The notes: generated by a model from the letters alone, not told the origin. A stretch of 64,000 bases of DNA from an uncultured Gemmatimonadales bacterium (GCA_963783305.1 CAWAMW010000002.1:448001-512000); one strand, 5' to 3'; numbered from the stretch's first letter, positions 11,221 through 21,516 are shown. Program-made: numbers and translations.

Positions 11221-11344
11221 ACAGGGTGTGGTTCAGGCGTCGTGCGCGCTGAAGATGGGCGCCGTTGCCATACCGCGACCATATATGCCGAGTCGGCGGT
11301 GGAGACGTAGCGGCCCGACCGTGCACCGTTCGGCAGCCAGGGGG

Positions 11345-13156
11345 CTAGACCAACCCATCCGGCCGCTCCGGCTGCTCCACGTCCAGCAGGGGGTCCTCGA
11401 CGAAATAGCCGCCCGCCTCCCGGGTCGCGGCCGCCACGGCCCGACGACGGTCGTCCACCGCCTCCCCCCCGGCGCCGAGGCCTTCCCGCCCTCGACGGAA
11501 TCGGCGGCCGGCCTCGACGCAGAACAGATCGCAGAGCGCGATCTCCCGTCGGGACGCCGCCTCCCCGTTCTCCTCGATCAGACGCTGTGTCCGCGCAATG
11601 GTGCACGCCGTGGCGTAGAGCTCGATCCCCATCCACGCCAGCCGCTCCAGCACGAGCTGTCGCTCGAGGATCTCCCGCCGATGCTCCATCACCGCCCGCT
11701 CCGCCGCCTGCGCCAGCTCCGCCACGTGCTTCTCGAAGTAGCGGACGTGATCCTCGATCGACGCGTGGACGTCCGTCGGGAGGCGATCCTTCGCACCCAC
11801 CGCCGTGCGCACGCGCCCGGCCGCCCAACCCGTGATGAGGCCCATGTTCCGGAGCGGCGCCCTGAGCGCCGAGCCCAGGGCCTGGAGACGCTCCCCGGAA
11901 TCTCGCACGCCGTTCAGCGCAATGAACAGGAGCAGTACCTCGTTGCCACCCTCGAAGATACGGTTGATTCGCGCGTCCCGGAGCCAGCGCTCGTACGGGT
12001 ACGGCGGCCACTTCTTCGACCCGCCCCGGACGTAGCCCCGCCCACCCGCGAGCTGGACCATGTCATCGGCCGTCTTCCAGAGCAGCTCGCTGGCGAACAC
12101 CTTGGCGGCCGCCGCCTCCAGCGATACGTCCGCGTCGGTCTCGTCCATGGCGGTCGCCAGGTGCCCCACCATGGCGTCCGCCGCGTAGGCCCGGGAGGCC
12201 GCTTCCGCGATCTTGCGCTGCGTGATCTCGAAGTCCGCAAGCGGCCGCTCGAACTGCACTCGGTGCTCGCCGTAGCGGACCAGTTCCCCGGTCAGCCGCC
12301 GCGTCCCCGCAACGCACCCCGAGGCCAGTGACAGCCGGCCCCCGTTCAGGACGTTTACCGCCACGGTGAACCCCTTGCCGGGCTGACCCAGCAGGTGGTC
12401 GTCGGGGACCCTCAGGTCGTCGTACAGCAGGCGCGCCTGCGACGACCCGCGGATCCCCATCTTCCGCTCCGTGTCCTCAACCACGAAGCCCGGCATGTCC
12501 GGCCGCACCAGGAACGCGCTGATCCGGCGCTTCCCCGCCGGTGTGGTGGTCTGGGCGAACGTCGTCAACACGCCCGCCATGTGACCCAGGCCGATCCAGA
12601 TCTTCCGGCCGTTCAGCACCCAGCCGCCATCCCGGCCCCGGACCGCCGTCGTCGTGAGGCTGCGCACATCGCTGCCGGTGGCCGGTTCGGTCAGGGCATA
12701 GGCGGCGTACATCTCGCCCGTGGCCAGCTCCGGCAGGTAGCGGGATCTCTGCTCCTCGTTCCCGTACAGCACGATGGCCTTGCTGCCGAGTCCGCAGTGC
12801 ACGCCCACGATGACCCCCAGCGACGCGTCCAGCGCCGCGACTTCACCGAACACCCGGGCGTACCCGCTGTGGGACAGGCCGAGGCCGCCATACTCCCGGG
12901 GGATGGTGAGGCCGAACAGTCCCGCCTCCCCGAAGGCCGCCAGAACTTCGTCCGACACGGACTCTTCCGCGTCGAACCGGGGCGGATCGATGATGCCGTC
13001 GTGCCGCAGCTCACGGAGCCGCCGGACCAGACGCTCCACCGTCCGGGCTTCGTCGGGGTTGCGCTCACTCAGCGGGGCGGGGAACGGGAAGAGCACCGGC
13101 GCCTCGATTTCGCCGTTGAACAGCTCCCGCAGAAAGGACGGTCTACGCTGCTGCAT
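11345..13156 (-). CDS. Acyl-CoA dehydrogenase (long, VLCAD/ACAD9-like)
   Basis: AYALTEPATGSD, LNGRKIWI, KMGIRGS, RDARINRIFEG motifs; C-terminal extension. Confidence 0.95.
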   Translation of the reverse strand: MQQRRPSFLRELFNGEIEAPVLFPFPAPLSERNPDEARTVERLVRRLRELRHDGIIDPPRFDAEESVSDEVLAAFGEAGLFGLTIPREYGGLGLSHSGYARVFGEVAALDASLGVIVGVHCGLGSKAIVLYGNEEQRSRYLPELATGEMYAAYALTEPATGSDVRSLTTTAVRGRDGGWVLNGRKIWIGLGHMAGVLTTFAQTTTPAGKRRISAFLVRPDMPGFVVEDTERKMGIRGSSQARLLYDDLRVPDDHLLGQPGKGFTVAVNVLNGGRLSLASGCVAGTRRLTGELVRYGEHRVQFERPLADFEITQRKIAEAASRAYAADAMVGHLATAMDETDADVSLEAAAAKVFASELLWKTADDMVQLAGGRGYVRGGSKKWPPYPYERWLRDARINRIFEGGNEVLLLFIALNGVRDSGERLQALGSALRAPLRNMGLITGWAAGRVRTAVGAKDRLPTDVHASIEDHVRYFEKHVAELAQAAERAVMEHRREILERQLVLERLAWMGIELYATACTIARTQRLIEENGEAASRREIALCDLFCVEAGRRFRRGREGLGAGGEAVDDRRRAVAAATREAGGYFVEDPLLDVEQPERPDGLV

Positions 13157-13403
13157 GGTCTCGGTGGCTCAGGGGGGGCTCGTCCGGACGCACCAGTATA
13201 GCGCATTCTCAGGTCAGTGGCCCGCGCCCTGAGCCACCCTGCAGCCTGGCAGTGAACACCGAGCTCACTCGGGCGCGTGAGGGCCGGTGTCGGGTCTATC
13301 GGCGACGTCGTCCAGCCCTCCCTGGAGGAAGAGCGCCAACGGAACCCGCCAGTGGCCATCGGAGTTGCAGCGCTCTGGCTCCTGGACCGTCCCCGGGATC
13401 CGG

Positions 13404-15254
13404 CTACCGCTCGACCACCACGATGGGCCGGCTGGTGACCACGGGCTCCCGCCCGATCGTTCCGAGGCGCAGGTGGAGCGTGTACTGGCCCGGCTCGAGA
13501 TCCGGCAGCTCGAGCGCCATCGCCCGGAAGGCCGAGCCCACCTGGTCGGGGGCGGTATCGCTGAACGAGACCTCCACGGGGCGGTCCGGCTCCAGGATCC
13601 CCAGGAACTCGCCGACGCGGGCGAGGAAGCCCGGTCGGCCGCGAGTGAAGCCGAGGGTCACCTGGACCGGCTCGCGGACCCCGAGCCCGTAGGCCTCCCA
13701 GACGACCACGAACCGCTCGGCGGCGCCAACCTCGATGCCCGGACGGACGTGTGGAATGGCCTCCTCCAGGCTCTCGGGGAACGGGGCACCAGGGGCGAGG
13801 ATCAGGAGATCGGAGACATCGACGGCGCCCGGCTCGAGCGGGTCCTGGCGCACGCCCTGCCGGGCCCTCCACGCGCGCTGGCCGGCGCGGTCCAGCACCT
13901 CCAGGCCGCTCACGTAGCGCCCCGGCGCGGCCCGCAGCGTGAGCACGCCGTCCACTGCGTCGCTGCGAGCGGCCGTCATGGGGCCGCCGCCCACGGGCAC
14001 CAGGAACAGCCCCGACTCGACGGCCCCGGCGAAGGCGCGGGTGTCTGGCCCGCCGTCGGGCGCGTCCTGCCCGGCGGGCGGACCCGGTCGGTACGCGCCC
14101 ACCACGAGCATGGCGTCGCCGCGCCGGAATCGACCCACCTGCGTCTCCAGCGCCCGCATGTCGGGCGCGTACGGCGGGGCGTACCACGTCCTGGCCTCCC
14201 GCGGGGCGCTGATCCAGCTTTCCGGCGGGATATCGGCCGGCGACTCCAGGAAGGCCTCGGGGAAGAGGTACCCCCGGCTCCCGGGGTGGTGGTGGCCGCG
14301 CAGCGTGCGCGTGTCCGCTGGCAGACGCCCGCTGCCGAGTTGCGGGCGGACCGGCGAGCTCGTCTTGCTCCAGCCGATGATCCGGCCGTAGCGGACCAGC
14401 GTCTCCTCGAGGTCTACCTCCCAATCCAGCCCCTGCGGGTGCTCGGCGTCCTGGTGGTTCCGGGCCTCCACGAGCCGGGCGAAGTGGTCGGTGAGACGGT
14501 CGTTGCCACGGACCAGGAACAGCGGGTCGGAGAGCCGCCAGAACAGTTCCGTGACCCGTTCCCGGGACGCGGGCTCCAGCGCCTGGAGCGTGGCTGCGGC
14601 CTCATCCGACAGCACGTACCGGAGCCCGGTCCACCGCTGCCGCTCGGCCTCGGGCATAAGGTCCAGGCTCTGGCGGAACGCCGACTCTGCCCCGACGAAA
14701 TCGCCGCGCACGTGGAGCGAATACCCCAGCAGCGCCACGCACCACCACGTCGCCTCGATGCCGCACACAGACGCGACCTGCTCCGCCGCGTCGTGCTCCC
14801 CCGCCTCCACCATGTAGTGGACCAGCTGCCCCACGACCCAGGGGTCGGCGACCTGATGGCGTACCCGCAGCAGTCGCCCGATCAGGCTTCTCCGCGCCTT
14901 CTCGATCTCGGCCGGCTCCGCCGGGAACTCGGTCTCCCCTTCCCCACCGAACCAGATGCAGATCCGACCGATGAGCTGGTCGCACACCCCGCCCCCTGGA
15001 TCCCGCTCGACCGGGGTCCGGTGCTGCCGCAGGTGCTCGAAGTCGACCTGCGCCTGCCGCGCCTCCGCGACCAGCGCCGCGGAGTCGGCCGGCGCTGCGG
15101 ACTGTCCGGACAGAGCCGCGGGGGCCAGCAGGCCGGCGGGGGCCAGCAGGAGGGAGAGGCACAGCAGCGCACCGGCCGAAGGAAGGCGACGGACACGGTG
15201 GACAGGGTGGACAGGGTGGGCAGCGTGGAGAGGGTGGAGAGGGTGGACTCGCAT
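13404..15254 (-). CDS. Secreted hypothetical protein with GWxTD-like region
   Basis: Signal peptide; Cys pairs; FWRLSDPLFL...NDRLTDHFAR resembles the GWxTD-domain core; Ig-like C-terminus. Start is uncertain. Confidence 0.75.
   Translation of the reverse strand: MRVHPLHPLHAAHPVHPVHRVRRLPSAGALLCLSLLLAPAGLLAPAALSGQSAAPADSAALVAEARQAQVDFEHLRQHRTPVERDPGGGVCDQLIGRICIWFGGEGETEFPAEPAEIEKARRSLIGRLLRVRHQVADPWVVGQLVHYMVEAGEHDAAEQVASVCGIEATWWCVALLGYSLHVRGDFVGAESAFRQSLDLMPEAERQRWTGLRYVLSDEAAATLQALEPASRERVTELFWRLSDPLFLVRGNDRLTDHFARLVEARNHQDAEHPQGLDWEVDLEETLVRYGRIIGWSKTSSPVRPQLGSGRLPADTRTLRGHHHPGSRGYLFPEAFLESPADIPPESWISAPREARTWYAPPYAPDMRALETQVGRFRRGDAMLVVGAYRPGPPAGQDAPDGGPDTRAFAGAVESGLFLVPVGGGPMTAARSDAVDGVLTLRAAPGRYVSGLEVLDRAGQRAWRARQGVRQDPLEPGAVDVSDLLILAPGAPFPESLEEAIPHVRPGIEVGAAERFVVVWEAYGLGVREPVQVTLGFTRGRPGFLARVGEFLGILEPDRPVEVSFSDTAPDQVGSAFRAMALELPDLEPGQYTLHLRLGTIGREPVVTSRPIVVVER
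15192..15248. repeat. Degenerate 9-bp tandem repeat (GASAGGGTG) x ~6
   Basis: Seen directly; encodes HPL/HPV repeats at the N-terminus of the minus-strand ORF. Confidence 0.75.
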
Positions 15255-15421
15255 GGGCGCTCCGGCGGCGGGCGTGGAGACCCGGGCGACGCCGCGTCGT
15301 CGGTCCGGGCAGGCTCGGGCAGGCTCGAGCCTGCCCTGATGACGTACACGCGACCCCACCGCCGGGGTTCCTCGCCGCCCAGGCGCTCGGCGAACGAACC
15401 GGGTGGCCTACCGTGGCCGAT

Positions 15422-15484
15422 TGTCAAGATACCTTGACACACTCACTCCGGCGCCTTACCTATCGATGTCAAGACTTCTTTACA
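15422..15484. promoter_or_regulatory. Two 18-bp operator palindromes upstream of the XRE operon
   Basis: TGTCAAG-ATAC-CTTGACA (15422-15439, contains TTGACA) and TGTCAAG-ACTT-CTTTACA (15467-15484). Confidence 0.75.
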
Positions 15485-15502
15485 GGAACGGAGCGGTTGG
15501 CC

Positions 15503-15937
15503 ATGGTGGACACGGAACGAGGATCGAGGCGGGCCTGGTGGTGGAACGACATGACGGCGACGGACTGGCGCAACCTGCGGCGGTTCCTGGTGGCGGTGGC
15601 CGCGTGGGCGGTGAGCTTCGTGGGTGGGGAGTACCTGCTGCGGGGAGGTGTCGTGAGCGGCGCGGTCGTTTCGTGGGTGGTGGCGGCGCTCCCGGGCGTC
15701 CTCGGGATCCTGGCGATCGTGGCCTACGCCCGGTACCTGCGGCAGACGGACGAGCTGCAGCGACAGACCCACCTGAGTGCGCTGGCTCTGGGATTCGGAG
15801 GTGGCTGGCTCGCCGTCGCCGGGTACCGGCTGTTCGAGTTTCTGGGTGCGCCGGTGATGGATCGGGGCGGCGTCATGGTGGTGATGGCGGTGGTGTTCAC
15901 GGCGGGGCTGCTGCTCGCGAGAAGGCGGTACGTGTGA
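15503..15937 (+). CDS. Membrane protein (4 TM)
   Basis: 'YLRQTDELQRQ' motif typical of membrane proteins coupled to small XRE regulators. Confidence 0.85.
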   Translation: MVDTERGSRRAWWWNDMTATDWRNLRRFLVAVAAWAVSFVGGEYLLRGGVVSGAVVSWVVAALPGVLGILAIVAYARYLRQTDELQRQTHLSALALGFGGGWLAVAGYRLFEFLGAPVMDRGGVMVVMAVVFTAGLLLARRRYV

Positions 15938-16131
15938 GGAACCGGGTGCGCGAGCTGCGCTCGGCGAGTGACTGGACGCAGGCGGAGCTCGCGCGGAGGC
16001 TCGAAGTGTCGCGGCAGAACATCAACGCGATCGAGAACGGGAAATGGGATCCGAGCCTGTCGTTGGCCTTCCGGATCGCCGGCCTCTTCGCCCTGCGCGT
16101 AGAGGACATCTTTGAACCCGACGAGGAATAA
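15934..16131 (+). CDS. XRE-family HTH regulator
   Basis: NRVRELR...TQAELA...VSRQNINAIENGKWDPSLSLAFRIA; GTGA overlap with the upstream gene. Confidence 0.95.
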   Translation: MRNRVRELRSASDWTQAELARRLEVSRQNINAIENGKWDPSLSLAFRIAGLFALRVEDIFEPDEE

Positions 16132-17639
16132 TGATCATGACGACGACGAACCGTATCCGAGCCTGTTTCGTGACAGCGCTCATCCTGGGCTCTGCCATGG
16201 TGGCGGCTCTTCCAAGCGATGGGGTCGCGGCGGTCCAGGAGCCCGGGCCGGGGGCCCGAAGCGACGGCCCCTGGGTCGGCGCCTGGGAGGGCGCACTCGA
16301 CGTGGGCGGGCAGGAGCTCAGGATCGTGATCCACGTGAGGGCGTCGGGCGGCGGGGGTCTCGAGGCGAGCATGGACAGCCCGGACCAGGGTGCGACGGGC
16401 ATCCCGGTAGCATCGGTGGCCACGGCCGGTGATTCGATCCGGCTGGACCTGTCCGGGATCGGCGCCTCGTACACGGGCCGGCTGCTGGCCGACGGGTCGA
16501 AGATAGAGGGCGAATGGCGGCAGGGCGGCGCGGCCCTGCCGCTGGTCCTCGAGCGAGGCGACGGGACGGTCGAGCCCCGCCGGCGTCCCCAGGAGCCCGA
16601 GGCCCCGTACCCCTACGGCGAGGAGACGGTGACGATCGACGTCGCGGGCGCTACGCTGGAGGGCACGCTGACGCTCCCGCCCGGCGACGGTCCCGTGCCG
16701 GCGGTCGTGCTGGTGTCGGGCTCCGGGGCCCAGGACCGGGACGAGTTCCTGGCGGGACACCGGCCGTTCCTGGTCCTGGCCGATCGTCTGACGCGGAGCG
16801 GCATAGCGGTGCTCCGCATGGACGACCGTGGCGTCGGCGGCTCGACCGGGTCGACCTTCACGGGCACGATCGGCGAACGCGCCGACGACGTGCTCGCCAT
16901 GGTGCGGTTCCTCGCCGGCCGCCCCGACATCGACGCGGCGCGCATCGGGCTCCTCGGCCACAGCGAAGGCGGCTGGGTCGTTCCGGTGGCCGCGGTTGAG
17001 GCGGGTTCCGAGATTTCGTTTCTGGTGCTGATGGCCGGCCCCGCGCAGAGCCCCCGCGAGCTTATCCTGTCGCAGCAGCGCGTCATCCTGGGCGCGGGCG
17101 GTGCCACAGAGGAAACGATCCTCGCGGTCCAGGCGCTCAACGAGGCGGTGTTCCGGGTTCTCCTCGACACGCCGGACGACGTGGAGGCCGCCGCGCGTAT
17201 CCAGGGGCTGGAGGCGAAGCTGCTGCGCGAGCTGCCGGAGGACCGGGCCCGCGCCCTCGAAGCGTACCTGGCCAGCCAGCCGGAGGCGGCCCGGGCGCAG
17301 CAGCGCCAGGTCTCCACGACCCCCTGGTTTCGCGACCTCGTCGCCTTCGACCCCGATCCGTGGCTGCGGGACGTACGTCAGCCCGTGATCGCGCTCTTCG
17401 GCGAGCGAGACGTGCAGGTTCCGCCCGCTGAGAACGCGGCGCCCATGGCCCGGATCCTCGACGTCGACCATCGCTCGGATCGCACAGTGACGGTGCTGCC
17501 CGGACTGAACCACCTGTTGCAGCCGAGCGAGACCGGCCTGCCGTCGGAGTACGGGCGGATCGAGACGACGATCGCGCCAGCGGCGCTCGAGCTGATCCGC
17601 GCGTGGATCGTGGACACCACCGGCGCTCTGGCGCCATGA
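16131..17639 (+). CDS. Secreted alpha/beta hydrolase
   Basis: Signal peptide, SGSGAQDRD, nucleophile GHSEGG, D (RDVQV) and H (LNHL) triad candidates. Confidence 0.92.
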   Translation: MIMTTTNRIRACFVTALILGSAMVAALPSDGVAAVQEPGPGARSDGPWVGAWEGALDVGGQELRIVIHVRASGGGGLEASMDSPDQGATGIPVASVATAGDSIRLDLSGIGASYTGRLLADGSKIEGEWRQGGAALPLVLERGDGTVEPRRRPQEPEAPYPYGEETVTIDVAGATLEGTLTLPPGDGPVPAVVLVSGSGAQDRDEFLAGHRPFLVLADRLTRSGIAVLRMDDRGVGGSTGSTFTGTIGERADDVLAMVRFLAGRPDIDAARIGLLGHSEGGWVVPVAAVEAGSEISFLVLMAGPAQSPRELILSQQRVILGAGGATEETILAVQALNEAVFRVLLDTPDDVEAAARIQGLEAKLLRELPEDRARALEAYLASQPEAARAQQRQVSTTPWFRDLVAFDPDPWLRDVRQPVIALFGERDVQVPPAENAAPMARILDVDHRSDRTVTVLPGLNHLLQPSETGLPSEYGRIETTIAPAALELIRAWIVDTTGALAP

Positions 17640-17873
17640 CCCTCCGGGGTGGCCCTGCTCGGGTCGCTGCTCGAGCGGGCCGTCGGCTCACACGCCCGCC
17701 GGCACGCCCAGGACCGGCGGAGGCCTTCTTCTCCGGAGCCGCGACCTGCTTCCCGGATCTCGGGCTCACCCTGGTGATCACGGCCGAGAACTTTGGCCGG
17801 GGCGATGCCCACGACCTCACCGACCGAATGGTCGGTTCGTTCATCCTGCCGGCCGCGGGACGGTAGTTGAGCT

Positions 17874-18410
17874 TCAGCCGTCCCGGGGGCGCCCGTCCTG
17901 GTAGGACGTGAGGGTGCTCCTGGGCATCATGAACATGAACCAGTTCATTACGGTGTACATGATGCGCGTGCCGGTGGGGAGCGTTCCGGTCTCCAGGTCC
18001 TGCTTCAGGAGACCCAGGATCTCCTTCCACCCCGCGGAGACCTTCTCCGGCTTGCGGTGCTCGGTGGTGAAGCCCGCGTGAGTCACAGTAACCCGGCAGC
18101 CGCCCGCCTCTTCCTCCAGCTCCCAGGTTACAAGCGTGGCCCCGCCGCTCTTCCACGTGGTGAAGTGATACGTGTAGGCGAACTTCCGCGGCGCGTCCAC
18201 CTCCACCACCTCGCCCACGATGAAGACCCGCTTTCGATCCGGGCTGTAGTAGCGCAGTCGGCTGCCCGGCTCCAGCTCACACTCCATCACCGTGTTGTAC
18301 AGGGCCCGCTGGACGCGGCCCGTCTTGGTGATCTCGTCCCACACGCGCTCCCGCGGGACGGCTATGTAGATGGAATTCACGTGGGTGGGTAGCTCGGTGG
18401 CCTCGACCAT
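17874..18410 (-). CDS. SRPBCC/AHSA1-domain protein
   Basis: IYIAVPRERVW...GEVVEVDAPRKFAYT...VTWELEE...GWKEILGLLK. Confidence 0.9.
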   Translation of the reverse strand: MVEATELPTHVNSIYIAVPRERVWDEITKTGRVQRALYNTVMECELEPGSRLRYYSPDRKRVFIVGEVVEVDAPRKFAYTYHFTTWKSGGATLVTWELEEEAGGCRVTVTHAGFTTEHRKPEKVSAGWKEILGLLKQDLETGTLPTGTRIMYTVMNWFMFMMPRSTLTSYQDGRPRDG

Positions 18411-18441
18411 GGGCAGCGCTCTCCTTGGGGGGGATCGGGGA

Positions 18442-18807
18442 TCAGGCGCGCTCGGTGCGCGCCTCCGTCTCCAATTGGTCCTTGAGGCTCACGAGCGCCT
18501 CGGTCCAGGGTTTCGTGTAACGGGACACCCAACGGTCGTAGACCTGCTGGATGGGCACGGGGTTGAGGTGGTTGTAGCGCGTGCGGCCCTCCCGACGCGG
18601 CACCACCAGCCCCGCCTCCGTCAGGACTTTGAGGTGCTGCATGATGGCAAACCGCGTCAGCTCCGAAAAACGCTCCGCCAGCTCACCGGTAGGGAGCGGA
18701 CCGTCCCGGAGATGATCCAGGATGGACCGTCGCACAGGGTTGGCGAGCGCTTTCCAGACCGCCTCCGTCCCCTGCGGGTCCCCCGCCCCACCGCGATCCT
18801 GTTGCAT
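18442..18807 (-). CDS. ArsR/SmtB-family regulator
   Basis: VWKALANPVRRSILDHL...MQHLKVLTEAGLV...REGR; canonical ArsR-SRPBCC pair. Confidence 0.92.
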   Translation of the reverse strand: MQQDRGGAGDPQGTEAVWKALANPVRRSILDHLRDGPLPTGELAERFSELTRFAIMQHLKVLTEAGLVVPRREGRTRYNHLNPVPIQQVYDRWVSRYTKPWTEALVSLKDQLETEARTERA

Positions 18808-18841
18808 ATGTGATAATACTGTCACATATTGCGCGCGTCAA
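18806..18841 (-). promoter_or_regulatory. Sigma70 promoter with overlapping ArsR-type palindrome
   Basis: Minus strand TTGACG-17-TATTAT, ending 5 nt before the ATG; inverted repeat ATATGTGA-N8-TCACATAT at 18806-18829. Confidence 0.75.
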
Positions 18842-18871
18842 GGTGTTTCCCCCCGGATTCCGGAGGCAGCG

Positions 18872-19267
18872 ATGGGCAGGATGATCATTGCGGTTGTGGC
18901 GGGCGCGGTGGTGTGGGCCGCGCTCTGGCTGGGTGGCAATCAGGCCGCCATGGCGGCGTTCCCGGCAGCCATGCAGCCGGAGACGGCCATCACGAGCGTG
19001 GGCGTGCTCCTCGGGCTCATCCTCTACGGCGGCGTGCTCCTGTCGCTGCTGGCGGGCTGGACCACGGGGAAGATCTCGCGGGCCATGAAGCCTGTGTGGG
19101 TACTGGCGGGTGTCCAGCTTATGTTCGGCATCATTGCCGAGGTGAGCTACTGGAGCCTGACGCCGGTATGGTACCACGTGGTCTTCCTGGCGCTCATCGT
19201 GCCCATGACGGTGTTGGGCGGACGCAGGGCGGTGGGTGGCGCCCCTCCGCCCCCCGTCAGTCCGTGA
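18872..19267 (+). CDS. Small membrane protein
   Basis: GGAGG RBS; 4 TM helices; 'PVWYH' motif. Confidence 0.85.
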   Translation: MGRMIIAVVAGAVVWAALWLGGNQAAMAAFPAAMQPETAITSVGVLLGLILYGGVLLSLLAGWTTGKISRAMKPVWVLAGVQLMFGIIAEVSYWSLTPVWYHVVFLALIVPMTVLGGRRAVGGAPPPPVSP

Positions 19268-19535
19268 GTGTCTGGAGGTAGGTATGGAGCGCGGCGATCT
19301 CCCCCTCGTGGAGACGGCTGATCCGCCCCGTGGCGATCTCGCTCATGAGCCCCTTTTCCAGGCCCTCATCGCTGACGTTGGCGAACATGGCGGAGGGCAT
19401 GATCACCACACTCGACCCATCCGGTCGGACGCCGTGGCGAATGACCGCTTCCAGCTCCTGGTCAGAATACTCGTGCACGATCCGTGTCAGGTTCGGGGCG
19501 ACGATCCGGTCCCCCACCGGCGAGGTGAAGAACCA
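19257..19535 (-). pseudogene. Cytochrome c remnant (internally deleted)
   Basis: IVAPNLT...YSDQELEAVIRHGVRPDG...MPS joined to MSEIATGR...EIAALHTYLQTL; no CxxCH and no N-terminus. Confidence 0.7.
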
Positions 19536-19830
19536 GGCCGAGCCGAATCACGCAAGGATCGCGTGGTCCGGGGGGGATTTTGGGGTACCGGGTTGGGATG
19601 GGCACGTGGGCCTCTCACCCCGGGGCTCCTCAACACGGCCGTGGGGCCCGAAATTGCAGGCTTCCTGCGGGGATCCTCGCCATGAGTGTGGGCGCCATCT
19701 ACGGGGTCCTGCCGTGGGCCGGATCCCTCGTGCCCGCGGTCGGCGTGGTGGCGATCGTATTCGGGCTCGCCCTCACCGTGCGCGCGGTGATGAGATAGGA
19801 GCTGCGGTACAGTGATCAGGAGAGTGAGGG

Positions 19831-20337
19831 ATGCGGACAACGTTTATTTTGATTCTCGCGATCGCCGCTGGCGCGTGCGGCAATGAACCGGAGTCCGCCG
19901 CGGCAGAGGCGGGTGCCGAAGACTCCGACTTTGCGGCCCTCCAGGAGCGCGGCGCCGCACCGCAGGGGATGGGAGTCGACCAGTACAGATCGATGCACAC
20001 CTTCGATGATCTGCCCGACGGGGGCCGGATCGAGCTTCAGGACACGGCGGGCGATGACGACGCCGTGGAGCGGATCCGGACGCACCTGCAGGGGATCGCG
20101 GCCGATTTCGCGAGCGGGGACTTCAGCACCCCCGGCTTCGTTCACGCAATGGACGAGGTTCCCGGTACGCGCGTGTTGGCCCAGCGGAAGGACGCCATCC
20201 GTTACACGTACCATCCACTCCCTCGAGGTGGTATGGTCCGGATCGAGACGGAGGACGCGGCGGCCGTCCGGGCCGTCCACGAGTTCCTGGCCTTCCAGCG
20301 TCTCGATCACCGGGCCATGGGGCACGACGGGCCCTGA
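19831..20337 (+). CDS. Conserved hypothetical lipoprotein
   Basis: Lipobox AGA-C; His-rich motifs (HTF, GFVH, QRLDH), possibly metal binding. Confidence 0.85.
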   Translation: MRTTFILILAIAAGACGNEPESAAAEAGAEDSDFAALQERGAAPQGMGVDQYRSMHTFDDLPDGGRIELQDTAGDDDAVERIRTHLQGIAADFASGDFSTPGFVHAMDEVPGTRVLAQRKDAIRYTYHPLPRGGMVRIETEDAAAVRAVHEFLAFQRLDHRAMGHDGP

Positions 20338-20360
20338 TGCCGTCACCGGGCGCCGCCCCC

Positions 20361-20477
20361 GTGGTGGTGAGCGGAAGCCTGCGCGTGGATCTTTCCGGTC
20401 GTCCGTGGAACATCCGGGCCGCTGCGACCGTTGCCAATCCGGCGCTTTGCCTCTGGATCGTGCTGACGCTGGCCTAG
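20361..20477 (+). pseudogene. 3' remnant of an MBOAT-like gene (paralog of 34541..35008)
   Basis: SLRVDLSGRPWNIRAA...LCLWIVL* versus ALGVDLSRRPWVMRAA...VCLWLVL in the intact copy. Confidence 0.65.
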
Positions 20478-20520
20478 CCGGCGCCGGCTCGAGCCGGATA
20501 CAGGACGGACAGGCCGATCG

Positions 20521-21516
20521 CTACGGCTTCCGTTGCTCCTCGATGAACCGTCTCGCGCTCTCCGGCAGCAGCAGATCGTCGGAGATGGCCGCCACCTCCT
20601 CGGCGGCCTCCCACGCGCGCTCCAGACGCCAGAGCTCGCCCTCCAGCGCCCGCCGCTCCTGCTCCTCGTGCAGCGCCATCTCCACCGCCAGCTTCGTGAC
20701 CGTCGGCATCTTGTTGACGTAGCCGGGAATCCCCTTCTTGTCCGCGAACCGGTCGCCCTGGGCGATCAGGCGCAGGAACTCGTCGGGGTGGCGGTGGTCC
20801 TCGATCTGGTGCACGGCCTCCTGCACCGTTTGCCGCTTCCCGCCCCTTGAGTTCATTTTCGGCAGCACCAGCCCCGCCACTCGCCGCGCCTCCTCCCCCT
20901 CGAACCACCTCTTCTGTCGCTTCTTCCGAATCTCGATTCCGAACCCGAGCTCGTCATCCGTGGCCCGCAGCCGCGTGCCCAGGAGGTCGGGGTTCTTGAG
21001 CTTGAGGACGTCGCCGTCCTCCGTCCGGAGCTTCAGGCGGGTCCGGCCCTGGGACCACAGATTCACGAAGTTGCCGGTCTGGGCGAACAGGCCAGCGCTG
21101 ATGGCGCCCGTGACCGCCCCGCCGATGACCACGGCCCCGATTACCACGACCCCGCCCACGCCGTACACGATCGCCCGCTTTCGACGCCGCCCGAACTGGT
21201 CGCCATAGCGCCATGCGGCGAATTCGGGCCGCTGGGGCCGCCCGATCCGCACCAGCTCCAGCCCCTCGGCATGCCGCGCGATCCCGATGTTCTCCGTGGA
21301 GGCGCGCACGCGTGTACCGCGGAAGATCCGCTCCAGCGTCTCCACCGCCTCCCAGCGCTCTTCGATGGGGCTCAGGTTCCACCGCTCGCACGATCGGCAG
21401 ACGACCCAGAGCCGGCCCCGCTCCGGGTCGAACGCCAGCCGTCGACCCACGGGGAATGTCTCCACCACCTCGTTGGCTCCGAGCGGGCGGCTACAGAAGA
21501 TGCAGGTGCGGTACAT
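20521..21516 (-). CDS. Hypothetical protein with N-terminal Cys4 zinc-ribbon-like motif and one TM
   Basis: CIFC...CRSC, central hydrophobic helix, coding-like GC3. Confidence 0.85.
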   Translation of the reverse strand: MYRTCIFCSRPLGANEVVETFPVGRRLAFDPERGRLWVVCRSCERWNLSPIEERWEAVETLERIFRGTRVRASTENIGIARHAEGLELVRIGRPQRPEFAAWRYGDQFGRRRKRAIVYGVGGVVVIGAVVIGGAVTGAISAGLFAQTGNFVNLWSQGRTRLKLRTEDGDVLKLKNPDLLGTRLRATDDELGFGIEIRKKRQKRWFEGEEARRVAGLVLPKMNSRGGKRQTVQEAVHQIEDHRHPDEFLRLIAQGDRFADKKGIPGYVNKMPTVTKLAVEMALHEEQERRALEGELWRLERAWEAAEEVAAISDDLLLPESARRFIEEQRKP

